Below are positions 1 to 11,900 of a stretch of DNA of 64,000 nt, one piece after another. This stretch comes from Carcharhinus longimanus (Eukaryota). The notes under the pieces were generated by a model that ran no database searches, had not been told where the DNA came from, and saw only the letters and a list, made by a program, of their open reading frames with translations. The position numbers were made by a program, and so were the translations under genes. The stretch lies in assembly GCA_030264375.1 (NCBI GenBank), contig JASCQW010000081.1:65912529-65976528 (forward strand), written 5' to 3'. Position 1 is the stretch's first letter. Each line of letters opens with the position of its first letter.

Positions 1-90
1 GGGGGTAGGGCCTGGGTGGGATTGTGTTCGGTGCAGACTCGATGGGCCAAAGGGCCTCTTTCTGCACTGTAGGGTTCGATGATCTATGAT
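1..90 (+). mobile_element. 3' tail of an HE1-like SINE
   Basis: gcagactcgatgggccaaagggcctc...ctgcactgtaggg tail; similar to 41200-41337 and, reversed, 5214-5280. Confidence 0.65.
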
Positions 91-299
91 CTTATCCAAG
101 TCTTGGGTTAGCTACAAATGAAATGCTGCAATTCCATCAGGACTCCATGATTCATATGGGAACATTGATGAGAAATATTGAATCAAGCATCAGAGCTTGT
201 CGTGCTTTCATGTCAAATCCTTCCTGTAATTGGCCACTTGGCTGAATGCCAACTCCCTCTGATCCTCAGTGCTTCCCAAGATCCTGCCGTTCGTTATGT

Positions 300-465
300 T
301 TTCCCTTGTCTTGTTTGTCCTACCCAAGTGCATCACCTCACACTTACGCGGACCGAATTCCATTTGCCATCAATCAGCCCCTCTGACCAGTCCCTCTATT
401 TTCTCCTGTAATCTATGGCTATCCTCCTCACCATTTACCATCCTACCAATTTTTGTATCACCCAT
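300..465 (-). mobile_element. CR1-type LINE RT fragment
   Basis: Reverse strand encodes KIGRMVNGEEDS..LQEKI..LVRGADWQMEFGPRKCEVMHLGR-like CR1 segment. Confidence 0.65.
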
Positions 466-549
466 GTGTTTGTTAAAAATAATGAGTATTTGTAGTAACT
501 GCACTAAACTAAAATGGAATCAGTGCTATTTGAGGAAGTTTTCTTACTT

Positions 550-1150
550 AGCAATGAAAACATGCCATTAAAACATGCTTTAAACAGGAGATGAGAAATG
601 GGAAATATACCAGTGATGGATCCTTGAGGGGGATGGCGGGAGATAACTGTCTAAGTGTGGGGAAGAGAGGCCATTTCTCTAGCTACAACTGAATGGAGAA
701 GAATGGAGTCAGGTAAGTACACTCCCACCCAGTAGACAATAGTGAAGAGATATTGGAAGAGGATGGTGTGCTCAGGCAAATCAGGAATGACAAGACAAGA
801 GAGTTAACCTTCGTTACAGCTGCATGGGATGTCATCTGTGGCAGGAAAGTAACCTGATTGGGAGGAATTCAAACATAAGAATTCCATTAAAAATGTGCAC
901 AGATCTGTGAATCAACTGTATATTCAAGCCCTTTGAAGAGGAAAGGAAGGTTGGAGAGAGGAGGTACCGTGAAGACGAAAGGAAAGTTGGAGAGGAAAGG
1001 AAGGTCGAAGATAGGGCAGTAAATGCAAGGACACAGAGAAATCTAAAGTTACGTTTTTTTGAGGAGAGGGAGTGCTAACAGCTGAAGAGCCAGACAGTAC
1101 CTGAGGTGAGCAAAATATTAACAATATCTGCTAATATGGAAGATGGGAAG
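550..1150 (-). mobile_element. Degraded L2-like LINE fragment
   Basis: Purine-rich antisense LINE pattern; similar to 8380-8800. Confidence 0.45.
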
Positions 1151-1679
1151 GAAAGTTTATAGGGATAAATTATTACTCTTGGAGATGCCAAATGAGCATC
1201 AGTAACTTCTTTGTTTTCTCAATCAAACAACAGTAGTACAGAATCAGCACAGTAAATAGTACTAAATCAACTGGACCACTTCTTATACTTTAAGAGGATT
1301 CTCACAGTAACTTTATTGCAGTGTGAATGTAAGTCTACTTGTGACTAATAAATATACTTAACTTTATAAATACAAAACATAATTAAACAAATGATCTGAA
1401 GTGTTTTTATTTGTTTACACTACCCTATTTCAGTAATATTTAATCTTGTAATGTGTTTCCAAAGCCCAATGCAGACACCTTGGTCGCACAACAGCAGAGA
1501 CAAAATGGCTCAACACAGATCAGGAACCTGGAGCATGCGGCTTAGTGCAACATCTATCCACCGAGTCCGTATTTGCAAAAAGGCTGTCAAGCAACATTCC
1601 TTCTAGGATGTGCTAGTGTATGGCTGCTCAGCATCCTTTCTGGTCAGCGGCAGGACTTACAGTGTCAAATAATATAACC

Positions 1680-1812
1680 TTTCCAACTAAAGGTTTGCGA
1701 CTTGACACGCTTACTCTGTTTCTGTCTCGACAGACATTCCCTGACCTGCTAAGCATTTCCAGCATTTTTGGTTTTCATTTCAGGTTTCCAGCAACTGCTG
1801 TATTTTCCTTGA
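1680..1812 (+). mobile_element. Penelope-like terminal repeat remnant
   Basis: cctgacctgctaagcatttccagcatttt; reverse complement matches 28345-28414 and 58447-58500. Confidence 0.55.
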
Positions 1813-2855
1813 ACATAAAGTAACTAATTTTTAAGGGGGAATGAACGATAAAAGTCAAATTGTAAATTAAGAAAGGAACCAACAAAAATAAACATTATGT
1901 TATTTAATATTATTTCATCGAAGCATGCAACATTCTAACAGGGTAGAATGCAAGAAGGATGTTTCCCTTGACTGGAACGTCTACAACTAAGAGGCACAAT
2001 TTCAGAATAATGGTTTGGCCATTTAGGACTGAGATGCATCTCTTTACTTGGTAGGCAGTGAATTTTTGAAAGTCTCTACCCAGATTCAGTCATTATGTTC
2101 AGGTAGAGATCAATTGATTTTTAGATATTAAAGATATGGGGATTGTTGAGGTGGGTCCAAAGCGAATGCCCCTGCAATGTATATTTACTCTATTTCATGT
2201 AGTAATATACAATACTAATCGAAATGGAGTATAACAGTTCAAAAAGCATTATGGGGCTAGCTGACTTGACCACATTCTGGGGATATTCAGTAATACAGAC
2301 ACAGAAGACAGCTCACTCAACAGAGCCTCCAACTTTAGTCGCCCACAGGCAACTACCACTTTGTAACTGCTAACAATTACTAGGCAGAGATGAAGTTGAG
2401 ACAAAGGAATCTATGTCTATGTATATAGAAAAGGCCCAAGGACAGTTGGTAAGGGGGTGTGGGAAACATGAGAGAAGACATCTATCTATTCATGAGCTGA
2501 TCACACATCCTCATGATGCCCAGTTATTAATTTTTTTGAATCTATATGTAATGTATGTAATCTGTAACCTTTATAATTGAATGGCATGTCTAGTTGGGAT
2601 GAGCTGAGTAACCGTACAAGATTTGATGATTTTGTCGGTGGAGTTGCACACGGTTGGGACCTGTGACTTCTCCCCACTGACATAATTTAATAAACTGTTT
2701 GTCCATTGAATCAGGCTTAAGTGTTTAAGTTATTCTGAGTTCATTCTTCCTATCAAGGATACTGCAGCAAAATGATCTCAAGGTAGGGGATCAGCCATCA
2801 TCTAGTTGAATGGCAGAGAAGACTGGAGATACTGAATGGCCTTATCCTCTGTTCA

Positions 2856-3107
2856 TGGTGGCCTGCCTCACAGCACCAGGAACCCAGGTTCAATTCCTGT
2901 CTTAGCTCATTGTTTGTGAGGAGTCTGCACGTTCTCCCCGTATCTGCATGGGCTGCTCTAGAAAGACATGCTAGTTAGGTGCATTGGCCACATGCTAAAT
3001 CTTCCCTCAGTGTACCCGAACAGGTGGCGGAGCGTTGCAACTACGGGATTTTCACAGTAACTTCATTACTGTATTAATGTAAGCCTACTTGTGACACCAG
3101 TAAATAA
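2856..3107 (+). mobile_element. tRNA-derived V-type SINE
   Basis: cctcacagcaccagg..ggttcaattcc B-box, V-domain gtctgcacgttctccccg, tail cacagtaacttcatt..gtaagcctacttgtgaca; same family at 23918. Confidence 0.8.
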
Positions 3108-3279
3108 GATTATTTTCCCTGAAACCAAACTACCAGACAGCAAGGCATCCACAATCACAGGCTATGAGACATTGATCCTCCCTTAGTGTGCAGCACAATA
3201 AGATGCACTGACGCCTTTCGTGAGCCACAGAAGGCGTGGACAAGCCACAACTCGCTGACTAGTCCCACCGGTAGTGCGC

Positions 3280-3494
3280 TGACGTCAGTGCTCCGGGCGG
3301 ACGCGGATCCCGCCAGCAGGCAGCGCGCTGACGTCAGAGCCCCAGCGTGCGTAGTTTCCGCCGGCCAGCAGTGCGCTGATGTCAGAGCGGCGGCGGGCCG
3401 GGGCAGGTGTGGATCTTGCCGCTCGGCAACGCACTGACGTCAGAGCGGCGGCGTGCGTGGGCCCCGCCAGCCGGCCGGCAGCGTGATGACGTCA
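3280..3494. promoter_or_regulatory. Array of five CRE (CREB/ATF) sites
   Basis: TGACGTCA at 3280, 3329, 3435, 3487 and variant TGATGTCA at 3377. Confidence 0.85.
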
Positions 3495-3509
3495 TCGCGC
3501 CGGCCTCTG

Positions 3510-3738
3510 GCGGGCGGCCATCTTTGCGAGTCGGAGCAACGACTGATGCGAGGGAAATAGTGTAGCGGGGCAGAGAAGAGAAGGGGGTATCGAAGCGGCG
3601 AGAGAGATTGACTGACAGCTTCTTCCATCGCCGGGCCTCAGGCCACATCTGTCTTCTTCACCGACACGCTTCTCACGACATTTTTTTTCCTTCTGTGGGA
3701 GGGAGACACAAGAAAGCGGGCTACCAGCGAGCGCCGAG
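3510..3738 (+). other. PRRC2C: Putative non-coding exon 1 of PRRC2C (start approximate)
   Basis: Donor GAG|GTAAGA at 3738/3739 inside the CpG island; first coding exon has an acceptor at 18120 upstream of its ATG, so an upstream exon is required. Confidence 0.7.
3514..3525 (+). promoter_or_regulatory. YY1 binding motif near the probable TSS
   Basis: GCGGCCATCTTT matches the YY1 consensus GCCATCTT. Confidence 0.7.
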
Positions 3739-5089
3739 GTAAGAAGGCGAATGCGGCCCGGGCCTTGGGCCAGCGCCTGAGCCGAGTGCGGCTGCTGCCC
3801 CCAGCCCCGCGCCCTTTCTCTCTCTCCCGCTGTGAGGCAGCGGGCATCCTCCCCGGGAGGGACGGCCCCTGCTCCTTCCTTCCCTGGTTGTGTGCCCGGG
3901 GAGGCGCTGACTATCCATCCGCCTGCCCCGCTGCTGTGATTTCTGGTGCCGGAGGCCGGCGAGTTGCCGCAGTGCAGTTTTCGCGGCCGTATTCAGCCCG
4001 CAGCAGCCGCTGGCCTCTCAAACTTTACACCGAGGCCTGCTAGGCTTTCGGCGGGGAGATTATATACGTGCGTTTCCTCTGGGTCTGCCTTTTCTACCGT
4101 CTGCTCAATTTCCAAGCGGCGGTGGGGCTAACAAACCCAAAAGGGCATTTCAGGTTACATAATCTTTGTAAGAGAGGAAGGAGGAAGGTTCTTTTTGTGT
4201 GTGCCCCCCCCCCTCCATTGCAGCAATGCAGAAGAGTTTTAGATTGATTTTCTTTAACGATGGGTTTTATAATACAAATGTGGATGCGAGATCTTCGGCT
4301 GTAGATTTTGCAAATCGCTGTTCCCATCATGTTGAGGATGCCTTTGTCCCCGAGGAAAGGCAGAGTTACGGAAGAGGAAGCGTGATTATGTTGGGGCCTT
4401 CTCAGCAGGATGCAGCATGTATCTGGATATTTTAGTTTGGGTGATCCAGATGTGATGCATAACTGGATGAGGCAGAGGATATGACTTACCCTTATTTTTA
4501 AGGGATCTTTCTTTTAGTTGGTATTAATGTGCAATTTTGTACCGATTGTTTGCTATCAATTGTTCTAATGACTAACATTTCCCTACAATGAACATCCAAT
4601 ATCCTTTCTGAATCAGAAAAACACTTTAAAAAAACCTGCTTGTGCGAGTGGAACTTTGACAGATAAGATCTTTGAACTTTTAGTGCTTTGACGCAGCCAT
4701 TAAAACATTGTGTACAGCACGTTGGCTTCAGAACTGTTTTGGAAATCTTCGCGTATTTTTATGACTTCAATGGATAAGGTGATGAACAATGCCAATCCCC
4801 AGTATCGGTGCTTAAAAAGATTGTTCTCTAAATTCTGCTGGAGTAAGCAATGGGGAAATAGTCCAGGAGGATTTTTTTTAGAAGACACTGGTAGACTTCA
4901 GAATCGGACGCCATTGTGATGTTTTCTAGTTGAATGGTCTCGCTATCTAAGCGCACATTTGGACGAAGGACGCTATTTGTTGCAGAGTCTTTGAGCCATC
5001 AAGTCTTCTGTTTTACTGCTCCTTGCCAATGGTATTTAATTTTTTCAAGATTTTAATTTCTCCTTTGATATCCTGGTTTCACTTTTTAA

Positions 5090-5650
5090 TACTTTCATGG
5101 GATGTGGGCATCACTGGTAAGACCAGAGTTTGTTACCCATGTCTAATTATCCTTCAGCTCTATGACTTGCTGGGCAGTTGAGAATCAACCACTGCTGTGG
5201 ATCAGGAGTACATATAGAATCCGAACAGTGCAGGAGGAGGTCATTCAGCCCACCTAGCCTGCACCAACAGCAATCCCACTCCAGTCCTTTCACTGTATTA
5301 ACTCTGCTAATCCTGACACCAAGGGGGCATTTATGGCCAATCAATCTAACCCTCACATCTTTGGAGTGTGAGAGAAAACCGGAGCACCCAGAGAAAACCA
5401 GAGCACCCAAAGGAAACCCACACAGACACGAGGAGAACATCCAAGCTCCACACAGTCACCCAAGGCTGAAATTGAACCCAGGTCCCTGGCACTGAACCAC
5501 TGTGCCACTGGTCAGATGGGTTTTTACAACAATTAATGACAGTTTTAATGCTCACCAAATTTTTATTTGCGGTTTTAATCCAGATTTGTTAATTTGGGAT
5601 TTGAAGGTCTGGATTACAAGTCTAGTGATATTGCCACTATGCCACCTTCT
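5090..5650 (-). mobile_element. SINE (family of 63510) interrupted by a nested HE1-like SINE at ~5214-5510
   Basis: Reverse V-domain (ggagcacccagagaaaacc, gagaacatccaagctccacac) between two halves that match the 63510 SINE in reverse. Confidence 0.7.
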
Positions 5651-6221
5651 CAAGGGAAATATTCATTTGTGATGATACATTCTGCATCATAATAATTAGA
5701 CCAGGAGAAATTCATAACATCTGACCTTCTAGAACAAATCTTGAGTGATGATACTTTGTACATTTACTGTCTATAGGAGTGTTATAATTTTACACATTTA
5801 TCATGAAATGATACTGGACAATGCCATTTGGCCATTATGCCTGTGCCTGTCCCCTGCCGTTGTAGCCCTGCAAAACGACCCCCTTCAAGAATTTATTCAA
5901 TTCCCTTTTGAAAGCTATACAGGTTCTCTTCCCTTTGTCTCCTGAAAACACAATTTTAGTTTTGAATGGTTATATTCTAATATTGTTCTAACGATTCTTA
6001 TACTGCATCATTACAATCATTCTGTTTCCTTTATAGCATGAATTGCCCAAAACTAAAACCTAGCCAACGTATTTATTGTCACTTCCTTGCTTTTGAGTCT
6101 ACTTTTAAATATATCGGTCCAGTATCACTACTTGCATTTCTTTGAACTGATTTTGAAAAATAATTTTTTTTACTTTATGTAATTCAATTATGTTCCATTT
6201 TTCATTAATTCATATTCTCCT

Positions 6222-6656
6222 AAGATTTACCAGGATGTTGACTGGTATGGTGGGAAGGTCTTATGAGGAAAGGCTGAGGGACCTGAGGCTGTTTTTGTTA
6301 GGAGGAGGTTAAGAGATGACTTAATAAAGGCACATAAGATGATCAGAGGGTTAGATAGGGTGGACAGTGAGAGCCTTTTTACTCAGGTGGAGATGGCTTG
6401 CATGAGGGGACATAGCTTTAAATTGAGGGGTGGTAGATATAGAACAGATGTCAGAGGTAGGTTCTTTACTCACAGTAGGAAGGGCGTTGAATGCCCTGCC
6501 TGCAACAGTAGTGGACTCGCCAACATTAAGGGCATTTAAATGGTCATTGGATAAACATATGGATGATATTAGAATAGTGTAGTTAGATGGGCTTTAGATT
6601 GGTTTCATAGGTCGGCACAACATCGAAGGGCGTGTACTGTAATGTTCTATGTTCTA
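6222..6656 (+). mobile_element. CR1-type LINE 3' end
   Basis: RFTRML.GM..SYEERLRDL, MIRGLDRVDSESLF..RGHSFKLRGGRYRTDVRGRFFT; tail atgttctatgttcta. Confidence 0.9.
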
Positions 6657-7799
6657 ACATCTGTCCATGCTTCTAAAGTGACCATAACCATCCCGTTAGC
6701 AAATTGACGTTGTATTTTGTATTGGGCGTGGACCATAATATTTTTTGTATGGTCATGTACCATATCTACTTCATTTTTACTGTTGGAATAGGCATTAGCT
6801 GTTCAGCCCCATTCAATTTGAGCATATGTGATCTGTACTTTGTATTTGTACACCATTGTCCCACATTCTGATACTCTTGCCTTTCAAACTCTTATTGATC
6901 TCAATCACCAAAATTTCAATTCACCCAGAGTCAATGTCTTTGAGAGGTCAGTTTAAAGTTCCAAGTCCTTTGCTGTAGAAAAATATCTATTTGAAAGAGC
7001 TATGTGTTCTCTGCTCTTTTCTTGTAGCCTTCCACATTTTTCCCCACATCAGGTATTTACCATATTCAATTCTCTTCTGAAAGTAATTATCTAATTTGCT
7101 TCCATCTCCTTTCAGACTGAGCATTAAAGATCATATTTAACCCACTGCATTTATTTAACAAGAGAATTCTCATCTCTCTTTTGGTTCTTTGCTGATTCTG
7201 TTTGACCTGTGTTCTCCAGTCGCCAGCAGCCTACTATTGGAAGCAATTTCTTGTTATTTACTCTTCATTGTTTTGAACACTGTGTTTAAATATCCTCTTC
7301 AGCTTCTCTGCTCTTGGGGGAACCATTCCAGTTTCTTTAGTCTCTCCAGATAACTCCAGTCCTTCATCCCTTCTACTGTTTTAGTAAATATTCTTTGAAC
7401 TTGCCATCCAAAATTATGATGCCAAGTGAGCATGTTACCTACTCAGATCGAAACAGTAATTTTATAAAGAATTAACATACATCCACTATTATGCTCAATG
7501 CTTCAGTTTACGTTGCCGCTAGTGCCATATTCTTTTTTAAACATCCATTATGTGGGGAAAAAGTGCCTGCCTAATCCTGTAATTTGAGGATTAAGCCCCA
7601 TTAAGCAGGATTCTCCTGCCAAACGTTTTATCATATGTTTTAAGCAGCTCAAGTAGATCAACCTGAGCCTTCTACACTGAAGAAAATATGAGTCGTATTT
7701 ATGGAGCCTGCCCTTGTATTTTAACGTTATAATTACTGGAATTTGCACTGTATCCCTTCCATGGGACATTTCCTGAGTGATCAAAATTGGGAATCCACA

Positions 7800-8900
7800 A
7801 GATGCCAGATTTGGGGACTGCAGAAATTTGGAGTAGGTGATAGAGAATTGAGGTCATGGACAAATGTGAAAATAAGAATGAAAAGTTTTAAATTGATTCA
7901 TAGGCAATATCTCAATGTAATTTAACAAGCACAGGTGATGGGTGAATAGAACATGGTGTGAGTTAAGGGAAACAAGCTTTGAATGAGCTTAAGTTTCTGT
8001 AAACTGGGAGGTGAGAGGCCAGCCAGACTAGCTTTGAAATATTGTAGTTAAATCTAGGGATAACAAAAGGGCATTGATGAGGGTCTAAACAACTGCTGGA
8101 AACAGAGATGGGCAGTGTTATTGAGGTGTAAGAAAACACTCTTAGTGACAGCATAGATGTGTGGCTACATGGTCATTCTGAGGTCAAATACAGCAACAAA
8201 GTTGTGATCGGTTTGGCCCAGCCACAAGTGATGGGAGAAGATAGGAATCAGTGGCTAGAGAAGGAAATTTGTGGTGAGACTAGATCCAATGGTTTCAGTC
8301 TTCCTAATATTTTGGAGGATATTTCTACTATGTCAATGTTGGACAAACAGTGCAAGCAAGATGGTGATGAGGTAAAGCTGGGCAACATCACATGTATGCT
8401 GTTTTTGAATAGTGTCAAGACACAGCAAGAAGTGTTGATGATTGCAAACAGGTTGAGAAGAATGAGAAAGAGTAGTTTGCTATAGTCTCCGTTATGCAGA
8501 ATGTCTTTTTGACTTTGATAGAAGTTATTTCAGGATATGGATTGAAACATGACTAGAATTAACAAATGAAATTGTAGGAAACTTGGGCACAAGTTTGGGA
8601 AGCATCGATATGTTCCAGAATTTTGATAAGGAAAGGGAGTTTGGAAATTGGTGACATTAGTTTGCAAGGAAAAGGATTCAAGGGTAGATTTTTGAGGCAG
8701 GGTGATGATAGCCAACTTGCAAGAGTGGGGATTAGTATTTGAGAGAGGAAACTATTAACATTGAACAGGGGCCTGGAAGTTGGGTCATCAGCAGTTCAGT
8801 GGAATTGGGGTCATGGGTGCAAGATGAGTTCAGAGAGCATTAGAGAAGGATGTGAAAGCAGGATGGGCAAGCCATGGGTTATTTTTGCAATCCACGATTA
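7800..8900 (-). mobile_element. Degraded L2-like LINE
   Basis: Reverse strand shows L2 ORF2 C-terminal remnants (FVIPRFNYNISKLVWL, resembling FVTSRLDYSNALL). Confidence 0.55.
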
Positions 8901-11900
8901 TTCTTGGAATTTGAGTTTTGGCAAACAGTCTCAGGACCTGGTGATGCTTTGTGTAGTCCAATCTGTTCTGGCAATGAATGGATAAGCCATGTTTCCACCA
9001 TAGATTTTCAAGTCTGTTCCCTTTGGATTTGAGAAACTGGAAACGAAGACCGTATTCTGGGAATGGTATGGTGAGAGAGAGTAACGACCTAAATGGTGAC
9101 AGGAGTATCAGTAGTGAGTGTGTGATCAAGCAAAGCAGTGGCCATTATTCCACCCACTGATTGAAGGTTTGCCAATGCAACACCCTGGACTTGCGGAATC
9201 ATCCCTCCGACTGTCTCTACTTACCCTTTCACGTGAAGACTGGTGTTATTAATAGACCAATACCCATGGAAGCATACCTCGGGAATCACTGCCAATAATT
9301 CTAAAAGTTGCAGCTCTAGTTGCCATTGCTTGGAATGTCAAATTCTCCAATTTTCTCACTAACCTTCAGTGTTACTTTTGTGCAAATCATCCAAGCCTGA
9401 TGAACTTTTTACATTAGCCTTTTAATACATTTCCTATGCTCTTTTTGCTTGCTTCTGATATAATGTAGGAGCTCCCTTCATACGCCAAACTTTTGGACCG
9501 CATGCCGTTGTTTTCTTTGTCCTGTAGCAGATCTTGTTAACTGTAATATTGGCCATTGGTATCGCTCCATGTTTTTAATTCTTTGAACATGTTTCTTTGG
9601 TGTCCTTTGAATATTTCTCCTGCATTTCTTCTCTGTTACCAGCACAACTTTATTATGTGCCCTAATTTTCAGATTTATTTTTTGTTTAATGTGGTACTCA
9701 AGCTCTTGATACAACATCTTCAATCCTAGTTGAGATATTTTTACTGTGTACTTTCTTTTTCTCAGTATTTCTCACTGCTCTCTTTTATTTATCTAACTTT
9801 GTTTTCTTCCAGTTCATCAATTTTGTTTTTGATTTTTATTATATCTGGACACTAATTGTTATGCTTGGGCATCCCTCAGGTTGCTAACTTGCCCTGGTTT
9901 GTTCATCAAGATTAAAAAGAACATTTTCTGCGGTTATTCATTCACCTCTGGGCTATCTAGATCTTGTATCTAAAAGTCTCCCTATTTCCTACCTTTACTA
10001 ATCATGTGAATTATTGATTCAATTTTGTTATCTATTCCAGTTTCACTATTTCACTTGCTTCACTGAATTGTTGTTTATTAATTTTGGACACAAATAGGCC
10101 ACATAAATTGGAAGTCCCTGTTTGCTTCCATCTCATTGGCTGACACAATGGTGTCAGCAGATACTCAATTTTTAATGTGCAGGAGTACAAGTGGAGTTTA
10201 AGTACATATAAACTGCAATTTAATAACACTGCAATATGTATTTATATAATGTCTTTAAAATAGAAAATATTGCACAGTATTCAGGGGAGAGAGATAAGAC
10301 AGGTAATATTGGGACAGTTAAGAGGTGACGAGCAGTGGTTGGGAAGGCCTCTTAAAGATGAGTGAAGTGATGAGGCAGTAACAAAGAGAGGGAGCTCCAT
10401 AGTACAATCCTGTGTTGACTGAAAGATCTGCCTGGGATGAAGGGAGTGCAGGATATACCAAAGACTAAAGTTGGAGTTTGTAGCCATCATGTGATAGGGC
10501 TGTGAAGGATTTGAAGAAGGGAATTGCAATTTTAAATTTGCATGTGTTGAGGGATGTGTTGTTGTTTCACTGGACTAAGTCCAAAACAAGAAACAAAAAA
10601 TAGTTCTGACAGATTGGAGCTTTTGGGAAATCTGAAGCCAGTTAAGAAAATATTGGAGCAATTCAGCTCAGGTGGCAAAGCATAGGTGAACACTTAATGT
10701 TGGCAGAAGTTGGGGGGGGAGTAGGTTAGGGGTTTTCTCTCCATAAGTACTTACACTTCAAAACATACATTGAACTATGAAGCAGTGATTTTTTTTTCAA
10801 AATACTGGTGTTCTGTGCAACCAGTTTTTCAGTATGCAGTCCCTTTATTTTTTTTGCATGGCTGTGCACATTCAGTATTTACATGAAACAAGGCCCGCTC
10901 AGTATCTTCCAGGCTGCTGCACGGTCATGTGCACTTTCATCTTGAGGACATGAAAGGACCTATGTAAATTTATGTCTGCTCTTTGTCAAAGGAATTTGAC
11001 TCTCTTCCAATTAATTATTCAATTTCAAGGAATTCAGCTTGGAGTCTCACCTCTTCCTTTTTCTTCCCTCCAAATTCCCAAATTTAATTGGTGTTTTGAT
11101 CCAGAACTAGCCAGGGCAACAAGTAACAGAAACTTCCCTTAAATGGTAAGGTGTGTGATAAGAATGTACCATAAAACTAATGTATTGATAGCATATTTCT
11201 GATTACATCATGAACGCAATGTGATGGTTTCAGCAGTAAGGGATTTAGACTTTAGCAGTTTTTCCTTGTGTAATCTGGCCGTGGTGTATGATGTAACCCT
11301 GGATATGTGGCTATTATTAGCTACTCCTGCAGGTAATGCCTGTTATACTTCAACAAGCCAGGTGGTGAAAAATATAACTTGAGCACTTGTTGTACTGTTC
11401 TATAAAATATTAATTTACAGAGAAACATAAGACAAATTTACATCTCAAAAACCCAATCACCAGTTTATTTCTTCCTCTTTACAGCTCCAGTGAATCTCCA
11501 GGTAATGGGTGCAGCTAAATACAATGACTATGCAATTAGCAATGCCTCCAGTAGCTGTCATCCCAATACTTGAATTTCCACATTAGCCATATGATGCATG
11601 TCAGCCTTAGCTTAATTGAAGGTCCCAAGCAGGACATGTTAACCTTTTTGATCTATAATTTCTAGGAAATGATTTGTGTTAATTATAAAAGAAGCATTTA
11701 AAAATTATACAGCACAAACTTCCATGCTTCTACACATCATAATTTTTATCAACTCTGTCCCACATACCTCTAATTAGAATTATGCTGATGCCATTAATGT
11801 GCATACCTTATTCTGCAACTTAGAGAATTCATGCATGTAATAATTAACCAGATGTGAATTTTGATTAAATATTATTGCTGCTGGGAATTTTGATACTTTA

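Larger units (their letters stand above)
3200..4130 (+). promoter_or_regulatory. CpG island / promoter of PRRC2C
   Basis: Sharp rise in GC and CpG density against an AT-rich, CpG-poor background; contains CRE sites, a YY1 motif and a strong splice donor. Confidence 0.9.

Noticed and set aside
3186-4131. Several 60-90 aa ORFs on both strands
   Set aside because: Expected in a stop-poor CpG island; no recognisable protein motifs
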